A stretch of 62,307 bases of DNA, the filler included, from Choristocarpus tenellus KU-1152 (Eukaryota; Protista; Phaeophyceae): NCBI GenBank assembly GCA_964200185.2. It is 13 parts of 13 records of this genome, joined end to end, with 100 filler letters (N's around TTAATTAATTAA, not from the genome) between each part and the next. Parts side by side here need not be neighbours in the genome. Positions count along the whole stretch, not along the records: positions 35,783 to 40,521 come from CAXNAD020013260.1; positions 40,622 to 44,982 come from CAXNAD020014922.1; positions 45,083 to 50,008 come from CAXNAD020012507.1; positions 50,109 to 53,367 come from CAXNAD020021210.1; 9 more parts are not named here. The stretch is one strand, 5' to 3'. Under the pieces are notes generated by a model, which had not been told where the DNA came from, did not search any database, and was given only the letters and a program-made list of their open reading frames with translations. Shown here in pieces: positions 38,132-50,786 of this stretch. The translations under genes were made by a program, and so were the position numbers. Position 1 is the first letter of the stretch. The number at the start of each line of letters is the position of its first letter.

Positions 38132-40165
38132 GTAGGAGAGGTAAAAATGGCATTTATGTGGCATGTAGGCACCAGAGGCAGTTATGCCACAATGATTGTA
38201 GAGAGGTAAGTTCTTCGGGGGTATCATTTGTGCTCTGTATTGTGTTTAGAGGTGATGGCTACCCTTTCGTTCACAAGATGTTTGTGTTTGTGCGAGGCTT
38301 TTGAAGGTTTTCCCGGCCTCAAGCAAAGTGCATCACTGTAAAATACCCTGTACGAGTCTTTTGCCTTCCAAGCTTTACTTTACATCACAACCTTGAAAGA
38401 AATGCATGTGTCAGAACGTTTCAAAACTATTATGTAGTAGACTTCAACTTTCATTGTGGCACTTTCTACAGTCCTGTCACAGTTTGTGCCTTAAATCAAG
38501 TCCCTCCAGGTTCTGATCGCAGTGCAAATGATTTACTTTGCCACTAATTACCCCTTTCCCCCCCACCCTCCCCAACAAATGATCTACACACCAATCACAC
38601 CACAAACCACAATGCTGACCTGTATTGTAAACCTCCTTGATGAAAGGGCCTCCAAAATGTCAAAATTGCACCCCTTTCTTAGATACCTAATTACCAACAG
38701 TGTCCATTGTTATGTTTCCTTACCCTCCTCCATTGAGCCTGCACTGGCGAAGTACCTAGTGTGAGCATGGGGTCCAACTCCTTCAATTCAAAGACTGACT
38801 CATCCATCCTCTCTCCATCGTTGATTGATGACGGTGGCTCTGCCAGGCCACCTCTGCACTGGAGGCTAGTGCAGAACGAGAATTGTACGGTCTGCTTCTC
38901 TCAATGCCAGGGCTGTCAGTTGTCAGTGTTGGCCACAGGGGATCTCTGGAGAGTTTCCACGATGTGGTGCTCAGGCTACGGAGTGATAAGGAGGTAGGTC
39001 ATATAATTTGTTGAATTGGAGCATAGATACTTGCAATGACCTCATAAGGATGTTACTTGAGCATTTCGTACTTCATACTATGAGAATTATGTAGGTGCTG
39101 ACAGGTGGTCGGTCTATACAACTCTGTACTGTTCAGTTTGAGTATTGCTTTTGTTGTTTCTGGGCATGGTGTTTGTAACTCACATGTAGATTGATGACTG
39201 TTTTCACTTGTTGGCTTTTGGACGTACTCCAGAGTGCGCTATCTAAATGGTGTGCATACTATTCTGTCTGATCTCAAGACCAAGAGACAAAGGGTGTGTA
39301 TCTCAAAAAGCCAATAACACGATATATGTTGTGCAAACTACTTTTGATTAAGTGTGTTGTGTTTGCGATGGACCCCTTGTGGAGGTGTGATGGCTACAAT
39401 GTGGAGATAATTTCTGGGTCTTCACAGTTGCACTTTCACTGTACAGTGGGTTACTTCCTGTGGAGGTTTGCCTAACCATACGTAACGGTATGGTAGTGTT
39501 TCTTACCGCGAGATTTGTCGACATGGTAGTACCGTCATTGTCTTTGCCATGGTAAGAAACGGTTCAGGAAGAAGTTTAGACGGTACCGTACGATTCAGTA
39601 CGATACCATGTGGTCCTGTAATAATATAGATACATGCAAGATATAGACAGTGTAGTCAAGTTCGTGCTTCCGTTTGATGGTACAGTACGTTCCGGTACGA
39701 AAATGGAGTTTGTTTTTTTGTTTTATGTTGATATGGTCACAGTTGGAGTGTTGAATGGACAGTACAGCTACGCTGGAGTTTGACCTCCCACAGTATTTCC
39801 AACTGTGTAAACCCCTGTGTATTGGTACTGGCACAACAAATGAAGATTTTAGACTTACCTACTACTACAATTAATACAGTAGGAACCTACTGGTAGTTAA
39901 TCCTAATGTACTAAGCAGTTACTAGAAGGTACGTTTTTTTTATTTTCAAAAACACAGATATCGTGCAAGAGAATAGCAGATAGTAGTTGCTCTTTTTTTT
40001 TAACGGGAAGTGTACCCTGCCGCAATACATGTATTGAAAGACATCTGGAGTGTACAGTTGGGGATTTCTGGCAGTTGTCCACAATTTTTCCAGCGCCTGG
40101 ACGGTAACCAATGGTACAGTACAGATTTCTGATGGTACAGTTGCAATACATTATTATTATTATTA

Positions 40166-40197
<32 letters not shown>

Positions 40198-40429
40198 TTG
40201 TTATCATCACATTGGTATGAGGGATCCCAGGCCCGTAGATATAGTCTAATCATGGTAATTTTTCCTGACCATAACTGTAACAGTGAAAATACTGCATTTT
40301 TTCCTGCTGCACTTCCGACTATGTAGATGCCCCTAACAAAATGAACCTTGTGCCACCAGTCTTGGAAGCCCTACAACCACATCCTGTATGCAGATTTCTC
40401 GACAATACGTACAGAAAATTATTGTGTCA

Positions 40430-40682
40430 GACCCAAAGTATCTGGGGGGGGGGGGGGGGTGCCCCCAAAGGGTCCATTTAAACCCAAACAAGGAAAAGGG
40501 CCCTTTAATTTACCAACAAAANNNNNNNNNNNNNNNNNNNNNNNNNNNNNNNNNNNNNNNNNNNNTTAATTAATTAANNNNNNNNNNNNNNNNNNNNNNN
40601 NNNNNNNNNNNNNNNNNNNNNGACCCTCAATGGACAGCCGCCCGCCCGCCCTCCCCCCTCCCCCACCTGATACCTTAAGCCC
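40430..40682 (-). mobile_element. MITE family B termini on both sides of a linker
   Basis: 40430-40521 is the reverse complement of the family B right end; 40622-40682 is the reverse complement of the left end. Confidence 0.65.
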
Positions 40683-41081
40683 ATCTCAACATATAAAGCT
40701 AAAAAAAACAAGAAATTTAGAGGTGTTTACTTCTGCGAAGGAAACACAGTCCAGCGTGTTCTATCATACAACCACAACCATCAGAACAATTAAAATAGAA
40801 AACATTCTGAAAAATTCTGAAAAAAATCAACAATTCTGGTTCTTCATCTGCAATGATATATATATATAAATATAATGATTTTCGAAAACACACAATGAAC
40901 TGTATCGAGATAGAAAGAAATAGACTGAAAAAAATAAAAGAGATTTATATATTTTTTTAATTTTAATTTAACATCGGGGGGGAGTGCGATCTCCATTTCA
41001 GCCACATCAACATGTACAGCAGTATGTACGCCTCTTCCCCTACTTTGCTCAGTCAATACACAACACGGAGAGGTGGAATGT

Positions 41082-41506
41082 TTATGTAGCAAACCCACCA
41101 AGATTGACCAGGTAAGTGTCGCTCTTAGTGCTGTACTGTTCCATCACACCAGGTCCAAGCTTGGTCTCAACGTGATCCCCTGGCTTTGCTTTTGCAGCCC
41201 CCTTGATCATATCCAGTTGGAGGTACATAGTCATGGCAGTCACAGATGGCATTACCCCCGAGGCCATCGCAGGGGTATTATCCCTCCTCCTGCAGATACA
41301 TACATATACATGCATGTTCTGAATACTGTTAGTACAATTGTATTAACAAGGACAGCAGCAGCATGAAAATACTGATGTAATTGTTCTTATAATCATAGGC
41401 ACACTGTGAGGGTCAGGTTTCAGAACTGGAAATTCCATGTACCTATGACCAGCCATATCAATTCTTCATTACAACCAGCACATAAAAGTCTAAGCCAACG
41501 AAAAAG

Positions 41507-41537
<31 letters not shown>

Positions 41538-43569
41538 GAGTTGACAGGCAATACCTTCATTTCAGACAGGACACGCATTCGCAGCAGCCAGTGCCAACCA
41601 TCCACATTATCGCACAAAACCATTTCTAGTAAATTTCCTAGTATCACAGATATCTTAACACACAGACACACAGACATACAGTATGCTCATACACCAAGGT
41701 AACTCTCAGGTCCTGTTCTAATGACCCCTCAACCTACCCAACAACCTTCTAATAACCTTCCTGTTAGAACAAACCACACGTGTTCCCTAGGCGATAGATA
41801 ACCAACACAAAACCACTGAACGCAGGTACTCTCCCCAACCCTAACGCACCCAGAAAAAACTTCCGACATCTCGTGGCGATCCTGTAACCGCCAGTTACTT
41901 GTAACTGTCATCCATCAAGACATCTACAACTAGAAGAAAAAAAAAACACACACACACACACTAACCCAAGCAAGATATTGAACCAGAACAAACTATATCC
42001 CTGCTGCCACCCCCCTCCCACACCAACAACTCAATCACAAAACAGACAACATCATCAACGCAATCTCAATTCACACCCCATGCCTCACATGGACAAATCC
42101 GAGCTAGTCCCCCCTGCCCCTCCCTTTGCTCCCCCGGAAGACACTTCTGAACCAGTGTTTGACAAACCAGACACCACCACAACACCATCCTCTCTCACAC
42201 CCTCTACATAACCCAGACCAAAGGGGGTCACAACCGCCTTCCCAGGTACGGCAACTGTTTCTTTTAGAGAACTGCCGTTCATGTAGGCCCTGCTGCTACT
42301 GCCTCCGCTTAGTCGAACAGACAAAAGCAACAACTTAACAGGAGGGGGGGGGCAGGGGGGCAGGGGGGCAGGGGGGGGTTTGAGATATTGATAAATATTG
42401 TTCAAGATGCTGATGTGAAATCCAAAGGATTGGGGTTAGGGTTACCATGTTATTGTTAGTATTGGTAGGGGTAATCCAATTGGTGGGGGTAAAAGACCAA
42501 TATACATTTTACCAAATAACCCCAGCAAACCCTCTCCCACTCTATCTCTCTCTCTCTCCCCTCTCTGTTGTCAACCAAAAGTCGATTATGCTGTAAGGCT
42601 CTTTGTGTCACACCTATCAAACGGAGTCAAAAAGTAATCACAACGGAGTGTGAAGGGGGGGGGGGGGGGGGATTTTTTAAACATTTAAANNNNNNNNNNG
42701 GGGGGGGGGGGGGGGGGGGGTATCTTTTAAACATTTAGAATTCTAATGGGTTAGGGTTAAGGTTACTTCAATAAGTTTTGACCAAAGGTGAAGACACTCC
42801 AGGAAGGAAGTTGATTCAATGGAACGACTTCGTTCTGTCCTGCAACCTGAATGTGCTCACAAAATAGCCAACATGCCCTCCCCACCCCACCTAACGAAGA
42901 GGATACAAAAAAATCTGCCAAAAGAAAAGTCAGAGGGGTCCTTTGAAACTCTGGGTTTACACCCATAAAAAAGGAAAATACTACATAAACACTTGAATGT
43001 AGACTTGACATATATTTCAATTTTTTTACCTGTATTTGTGGAACTGATTTTTTGTATGTTGATTACCTGTCTTCAGTATTTCCCCTCCCTCCCCCCCTCC
43101 TTTATCTACTTTTGTACTGTTCCTTTAAATGAATACTGAAGGGAACATTTCTATTTTTACAATGGTATTATTATACTTACACTATCATTCACTTAGTAAA
43201 AATAAATGTTGATGAAAAATGTACGCACTCACAAGGGTCTTCACAAACTCCTCTTCTCTTCACCACCATGGAAGGCATCACCCTACCCACTCTTCTACAT
43301 GTTTAACACAGAGTGATAAAAAATATATATATTTATTTAGGAGAAAAATATGTTCCACATATTTTCCTAGATGCATCACATAAAACATACTCAAACACCA
43401 CAACCTATCATCACATAAGGAGTGGGTTGTGGACAGGGGCGCATACCTCATAGACGCCATCGACATCACGGAAACCCTTGACCAGACCCGAACCAAAGAG
43501 GGTTTGCACGCAGGAGCCAGGCGGAAAGTCGCAATGAAATTTGATGGCAGCAGGTGGGGGTGGGGACAC
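41082..43569 (-). CDS. Uncharacterised protein with three PGxxVxTx(F/L)GxG modules (3' part of gene)
   Basis: Exons 43569-43447, 42846-42767, 42307-42089 and 41289-41082 join with GT-AG and matching phases (0, 2, 2) to a TAA stop. Upstream exons are uncertain. Confidence 0.7.
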
Positions 43570-44479
43570 CTTGGGGACCCTGATGAGGTTAGGGTAAGGG
43601 ATAGAGTTACAGGGTGGGTGGAGGGGATCCAAACTTGTCATCACGGAAACTTCTGATATATTTCCTGCTAACACATACTTGAGACAATAAAGACAAAACA
43701 AAAATTATAATTACTGGGCATGATAAATAAAAATGAAATACACCCTCTGTTCACTATCGCTTGACACGCTTTGAGTGGATGAGTTTAAAATATCACAAAC
43801 AGGAAGGCGTTCTTGAAGCTTTTCAGCAGGCGGTGTAGAACAGGTAGGTAGACAAAGTGTCAGACTTTCATTGACATTTGTAGGGTATACCTCTTGAAAA
43901 GGAATATTGCAAGCCCCCCTCCCCCCCCCCCCCCCCCCCCCCACACTATAACAAAAGAAATAACAACCTGACACTATCTTGTCCATATTTATTTTATATA
44001 TATATATATATAGCCTGCCCCTATAAACTGTTTCAAACTGGTGCTGAACAGAAAAAATATAAATATTACAAAATAAACAGTGGGAAAATATGATGCCTGC
44101 TTCTACAAACTATCACCACAATAGGAGATGAAAAACAAACTAAAACTTGAGCTCAGTAGATACATAGACCCCAATAAGTGCAAGAACTATACCCAAAACA
44201 GCTTTTAGAGTCCCATGCAGACTTGCAAACACTAGGCCTCTACAACCACAACAGAAGTCCTAATGGTGTCTCTCAGACTACTTTCATCATGGTGTAGACA
44301 AATTATCAGCCTGGGTATCTTATATTTCCATGCAATGATCAAATATTAATTTGTATGTGTGTGTATATCCATTTTTTGTTAGGGAATACCTCATGGAGTA
44401 TGATGAGCCTTGTCCTGATTTACAGTCTGCTTATGTATCAGGGGGGGATGCAACTTCACTTCCTATATATCGTTACTCG

Positions 44480-44710
44480 CATACATACATACGTACAGAC
44501 ATACATATATATATATATATACATACAGACATACATATATACATACATACATACATACATATATATATAGATATATACATACAGACATACATATATACAT
44601 ACATATATACATACATACATATATACATACATATATACATATATACATACATATATACATACATACATATATATACACATATATATATACATACATACAT
44701 ACATACATAC
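44480..44710. repeat. Compound (ATAC)n/(AT)n microsatellite
   Basis: Read directly; it produces the spurious YIHT/MYVC ORFs. Confidence 0.95.
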
Positions 44711-45500
44711 TTGTGAAACCTAACTGAACCACTTCATCTTTTTGGGAATTTGAATCAACCAATCTGTACATATGCAAAATTCTGTTAAGTATCATTTTAA
44801 CTAAGTTCAACTCGAAAAGATCCACCCAATCAAATGACATCCGACCAAACACACAAACACACACAGTACTAGCACACAAATTCAAAGTTATCAGGATCAT
44901 AAATGTTCCCCTTCCAGCAGAGAGGGAAAGGCAGACTATAGCCCTCTCTCCCCCCCCCCCCCCCCCCCCCCCCCCCACCCCCNNNNNNNNNNNNNNNNNN
45001 NNNNNNNNNNNNNNNNNNNNNNNNNNTTAATTAATTAANNNNNNNNNNNNNNNNNNNNNNNNNNNNNNNNNNNNNNNNNNNNCCCCCCCCCCCCCCCCAA
45101 GATACTTCGAGCCTGGAGCGATCTACCAAGGATCTTCATTTGGTGTGAGATAAGGCACCCTTTGTGTAATTTCCCTGCATTTTGTAGGTGATTAATTGTG
45201 GCGACCACAAAAATAAAACACAAGAATAAAACGCCATGGCTGGGTACTATTATTCCAAAGCATAGCGGAGGGTATTTAAAATCAAGCAAAAGTCATCCTT
45301 TTTGGGGGGTAGGATGACTTTTGGTAGATGGAGTGCTGTGTGAGTTTTTGTGTGCTCTTTTTGACGCATGACTTCCGGTACCCCAAATGAGATCATGTGC
45401 CTTCTTTATTCCTTCTTGGTTTCCTTCCCTAGTTTCCTTCCCTATAACAACATCGGCAAAATGTCAGTGCACATGCTCTAAATGAGCATTAACTAAGAAT

Positions 45501-45720
45501 GAGTAGCCCTGTCCTACCTTGTTCCAAAAACATGTACAGTGGAAAACAAGGTGGGTAGTGAGGCCCTACGTCACGGGATCCTGCCAAAATCGTCCTATAT
45601 CCGTTCTTGCCCCCATATTGACAGGTACCACACCCCTTTTCACTACTCTTCCCATCACTCACCCATTCCTGCCCTCTTATCGACCGCTCCGATTTCTACC
45701 TGTTTTTGCCCATTGTTAGT
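45501..45720 (+). mobile_element. Solo end of long-TIR element family E
   Basis: gagtagccctgt...gcccccatattgacagg matches the TIR of the element at 56168-56960. Confidence 0.6.
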
Positions 45721-46619
45721 CTGATTGGCCGAAAATAGATTCCAAGTATTTAATAACAAATACATCATACAAGTTCCAAGCTCTCAACCTCATCTCCAAA
45801 AACATTTGAACATTCACTGGAACCATTCCATTTTGTTAGGGACAATTCTCTCGCGTCACATTAGACATCAGAAATAAGAACATTACCAAGCAAGATCCAA
45901 ACTAAACTGAATGAAGAGGAATGATATTGTTGTGGCACGAACTTCACTGGAGTGCATATTTCCAACCAGTTGACAAAAAGCTGAAGCGACCTGGTAACAT
46001 CCAGGTCCCATTAAGCAGAGGCCAATGACCCCTTTCTCTCCAGAGTATATGATGCATTACTAATATACTCCATATATATATAACCCTAACCTTATTCCCA
46101 ACACACCCAAAATAATAAAAGTGGTGCAATAATATACTTGAATGTATGTAAGTTGCATGTTTCTATGGGGATTTGGTTTACCAGATTGTTGGATCCTTTT
46201 TCACTTTTTTTTGGTGAGCAGCATACTTGCTTTGCATGTTAACATAAAGATTCAATAAACAGATTTATATATTTCTGTCATTATATAATATATTATATGC
46301 TCACCCTTTTGTATCCAGTATCCGAACTTCACATGTGTGTGGCCAACCATATATATATATGAAAAAAATAGGTTCAAGACTATTTTTTTCTCATCGCCAG
46401 TATGATTATTGGTAAGGACGTAGTGGTGTCCACACAACTGGGACAGACCGTTTCTTCCTCACCTCATGAAATGAATACACCTACCTCACGAAATGGGAAA
46501 TGTAACGTATATATCAAGGTAGTTGCTACGGCAATGCCTTGAAGCAGAGTGTCACAACGGTTGGCAGTAATACAGTAGTAACTGCCCTGGACTGGTGAAG
46601 GGTTGCGTGTGTATGGGTT

Positions 46620-48250
46620 AGTCGTTGCCACTCACAGAACGGCCAGAAGGTGCAAAGAGTGAAAAACTATGCTATAATGAAAGCGCCCGCAAACCTAGTT
46701 GGGCAAAGTTCTGGTTTCATGTAGCAGTGAGTGAGTCCAAAGGGAGGCGATGGTTGACAGGAGAACTTCGGATCTCTCCAAAACATTTCAAGAGATCTAC
46801 TACATGTAGTAGTACAAAGAGTTGATTAGAGGATAAGCTCAACCATGGATTGGAGGTAGAGCCACGGAAAATAAACAAGTCGAGCGGCTTATTTGACTTT
46901 AGGACATACATTGTGCTTTTCAGAGGGCTGCAGACAGGGAACATCAGGCTATCAACGGTAGAACCAAGAGAGTGCAGATGGTTAAGAATCTGACCCTTCG
47001 TTGTCACTATGGTGGCATTTCAAAGGAGGAAGGACTAATGTGAGACAGGTTGCTTGCATCACCCTATTAAGCAAGTAGGTGCTACTTTCCTAGATACAGG
47101 AATAAAAATAAGATATTTGCCTATATTCTGTGATCTTTCTGGAACAGTCCTGGTCAGTACATTTTTCACGGCCCTTTTACCTACAGCCAATGAATGTACT
47201 TAAGGTGCAACATCACACAGAGGAATTGTTCAGTCTCCACAACCGCACTCACCTTTCCTCTCTTCCAGTCATGGCAAGTACTCTTTTTTGGTCAAGACCA
47301 ATTGGAACAAGTGTTGAGATGCATTGAAGTTGCACGGGAAATAACCGTCGAGTATGAAGGTACCACTTGATTCGAACAGCCTCTTACGACAATTTAGTGC
47401 ATTTGAGGTGACTATGGAATCTCTCATGGAATAGGAGTCCGGTAAGTCTTTTCAACGGCGGCAAACTACCAAGTACAGCTTTATAGCAATGTTGAACAAA
47501 ATAACCACAACTATATGGACCCTCCATGTCCCTTTCATAGAACCGAAATGGTGCTACCAAACGTGCCACAATATCACGTGTTGTTAAAAAAGATTATCAA
47601 AAAGTGGTAAGATGAGAAACGACCAAAGATGACATAATGTTACACTCGGTTGTCGACTGCTGCAGTCAGATACCTCAGCGAGACTATGCCTCAGTTGACA
47701 AGATTAAGCTTATTCTGAATTGCATTAATTGTTATGACCCCTTGCCTTCTCACTTTTGGCAATCACTGCTGCATTCGAAAAGGAGGTGATTGGTATTTTG
47801 TCAGAACAAAACATGCCTATGATTGCCTGTGTGAACCCTGCCCTTCTCACTAGGTCAGAGAGCTATTGAGCACTATACAACATACTTCCAGCTAGAATAA
47901 TTACAATGGAGGACACACAAGAAGCCTTAAAGCTAGTGCTCTTGACCATTTCATATTCCACAATAAAGAGGCTAATACAACAATGTGACAATTATTCTTG
48001 TCTTGTAGGGCACAATAAAATTGCACCCGAATGTTTCATCCAACATAGTCGCAGAGGAACCAAACTACTATACACCTCTGGCAAAGCAAAGGTTGCTCTG
48101 ATAGCCATCAACCTTCAGGAGGCTATTTTTCCTACAACAAGGCAACCATAAAAACATTCCAGCTTGATCTGGCCAACAGACAATCGTGTCAAAGAGCAAA
48201 GGATGCATTGACATCCACATGAATACAGAATAAGCCTTTAACAGAGAGAA
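46620..48250 (+). mobile_element. Highly degenerate hAT transposase remnant
   Basis: Residual TRWNS-like region near 47365 and dimerisation-domain-like ALIAINLQEAIFPTTRQP*KHSS near 48095-48165; many stops. Confidence 0.4.
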
Positions 48251-48543
48251 ATACAACTCCATCCTATATAAACAATCTACAACCTGAAATGCCTGCACCT
48301 GCACAACTCTGAAACAAGCGTATACTACAGTATAGCACCAATTACCTATTTTCTCAGCAAAGACTCTATAGGCAGGCAAACAAATCAAAGCTGAAAAAAT
48401 AAGTGTAGAATATCTGGACACCTTAGATCGCAAGTGCGTCTTCTGCAGCAAACAAAAGAGATCAGTGAGTCCCTAATCCATATACACAAGAGGTGTGGCT
48501 GGACTCCTCTTCATCTGTACATAAACATGTAATAACAAAAGTA

Positions 48544-49349
48544 TCATCGCGGGCTAAAAGGCTGTTGCTGGACATCACACACACACATATTTCCACACAT
48601 ATTCTCAACATAGATGCAGGGCAGAGGACCTTTCAATCCATTGTAAGCTGCCTTTCTGTGCTGCTCTGCATCCAAGGTTGCCATCAGCTCCAGCACCATC
48701 CCCCCCCTCACCCCATCTCCATCCCTACCCCAGGACTTGAATCCCATCCCAGAGCCTCCATCTAAACAAAACAAAAAAGGTTGACCCACCAAAGCCACAG
48801 TACAGCACATCCCCACCTGACACACCAAACCATCCCACAAAAACCAAACCTGCCACTCTCCCAAAACAACCTATTCCCCCCCCCCAAAAAAAACAAAACA
48901 AAAAAACAAGTACAGTTATCCCTAGATTCAAACAAAAACACTCATTTTAAGAACACATCCACCCACCTTCCCCCCCCCAAAAAATGAACGCCTGCAATCC
49001 CTCAAGAAAAACTCTACACACAAGACCCTCCCATTCATCCATTGATACCAAAAAAATCACCCAGGTTGTCAATAACACAACGTTGCTCAAACCATTCTCT
49101 CGGGTTAGTGTTGTGATTGCCAAGGTAAAGGTTGTTTGACACCGGCATGCGGAGGGGGTCCCCATGCGACTTATCAAAACCGTTCGCCCCAGCATTAGCA
49201 GTCATGCTTCCCATGGCGGACGGCCCAGCAGCCGGGCGGGTGGAACGGCCTGCATCCTGCACCTGTACTCCCCTCTTTCGATCCCCCTCTGATCTCAGGC
49301 GCTGCTGCGTCATCATCATCTGCCTCAATCTTCTGTCCAGCTTCAAGAA
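48544..49349 (-). CDS. Hypothetical spliced gene, unknown product
   Basis: Strong pyrimidine tract and CAG acceptor before 49349. Exon 49349-49061 (phase 1 donor) joins in frame to 48761-48544 (DGGSGMGF...VLELMATLDAEQHRKAAYNG...). The reading frame of the first exon is ambiguous. Confidence 0.35.
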
Positions 49350-50108
49350 CTGAGGGGAAGAAAAAAAGAAAAGAAAAAAAGAAAAAAAAAGTCGGATGAC
49401 AAAAACGGAACACACATGCACAGACAGAGAGGCATCCTCTTCTTCGGGGGTCGGTCAGTGGGACGGGAACGGGATTGCCCTGACATGTACGTGATACAAT
49501 GATTGCCGCAGGCGCTTCAGATGGAAGGGAAAAAAAAGAAAAGAAAAAGGAAAATAGAAGAGCCCCCCCTCTCTCTCTCGACCAGCAACAAGATACCGTT
49601 GCTACAAAATTTACTGTTACGGAGCCACTTGCATGCACGGACCACAGTCACAAACACAAAGTCAGGACTGTACTAAAACCCGACATGCTCAAGGCCGGCA
49701 AGGACTCGCCGCCCCGGGGCTTTTTACAGAGACCACAGGGAAAAAAAAAAAAATACTACGAAATACGGATGGAATGTCACATGTGCGAATGGAACGATAG
49801 GTGGCAAAGGTTAAAAAAAAAAAATGGTACCATTTTTTTTTCAAGAGTGTCGTTGGGATGAGAAATTGTAACTTCAAGAGTAGTTCGTGCCGCTACATAC
49901 ACAGCATTCAGAGCACGCACGATTGTTTCACACCCTTTCACGACTCTTCCGCGGGGAATTTGAACAGCATAGGGGGGGGGAGGGGAAGCAAAGACTCTAC
50001 TCAATGTANNNNNNNNNNNNNNNNNNNNNNNNNNNNNNNNNNNNNNNNNNNNTTAATTAATTAANNNNNNNNNNNNNNNNNNNNNNNNNNNNNNNNNNNN
50101 NNNNNNNN

Positions 50109-50276
50109 ATCTGGGAACTACACCAGGGTGTTCATTTGGGTCATAACCAGGAAAAGTGCACTTACACTATACATCCCACATATGCAACCAAATCACACAA
50201 AAATCGCGACGTAAAAAAAAATGGTTCCAAATGGACAGCTGCCACACACACGCACACACCCCAGATACTTTGAGTC
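50109..50276 (-). mobile_element. MITE family B copy (reverse) at contig start
   Basis: Reverse complement of 4324-4501, ending ccagatactttgagtc. Confidence 0.75.
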
Positions 50277-50786
50277 CTACACACGTTTGTAATATATGCC
50301 GAATATTGGGCATATTTGCTGGCATGCTTTAAAATGCAACTCTGAGCACCTCTTGTTTACTTTGACACAAATGGACATGAAACGACAAAGTAATTTCAAC
50401 AAAGAAAAGTCGCCACATACTTTTGTAGTTACAATGATCCTATATTGTGGGGTTTGACATCATCCACACTAAATGTTCCTGAGTCACACTGACTGAGAGG
50501 TATGTATGAGGTTGCATCAATAGGATCTCCATCAAAGGCTAGAACACGCTTTCAGGGTCTCTTTTTTGCTCAATTCTGGCTACTTTTTTTTGTCAGACTC
50601 TCTTCTGCAGTGACACCTATTGGGGGGCATGTGCCACACACATGAACAAAAAAATAGGAGTGGATTGCACAGGTTTCAAAATCGAGGTAGTTCACAATAC
50701 AAAATGACCAAAACGTGTTTACCTCTCAGTGTGACCCACATATGAAAATAGAAGAGTGTAAGCAACAATGATAGCACCTTTAACAG

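Noticed and set aside
44351-44978. Long YIHT/MYVC-repeat ORFs
   Set aside because: Translations of a microsatellite.
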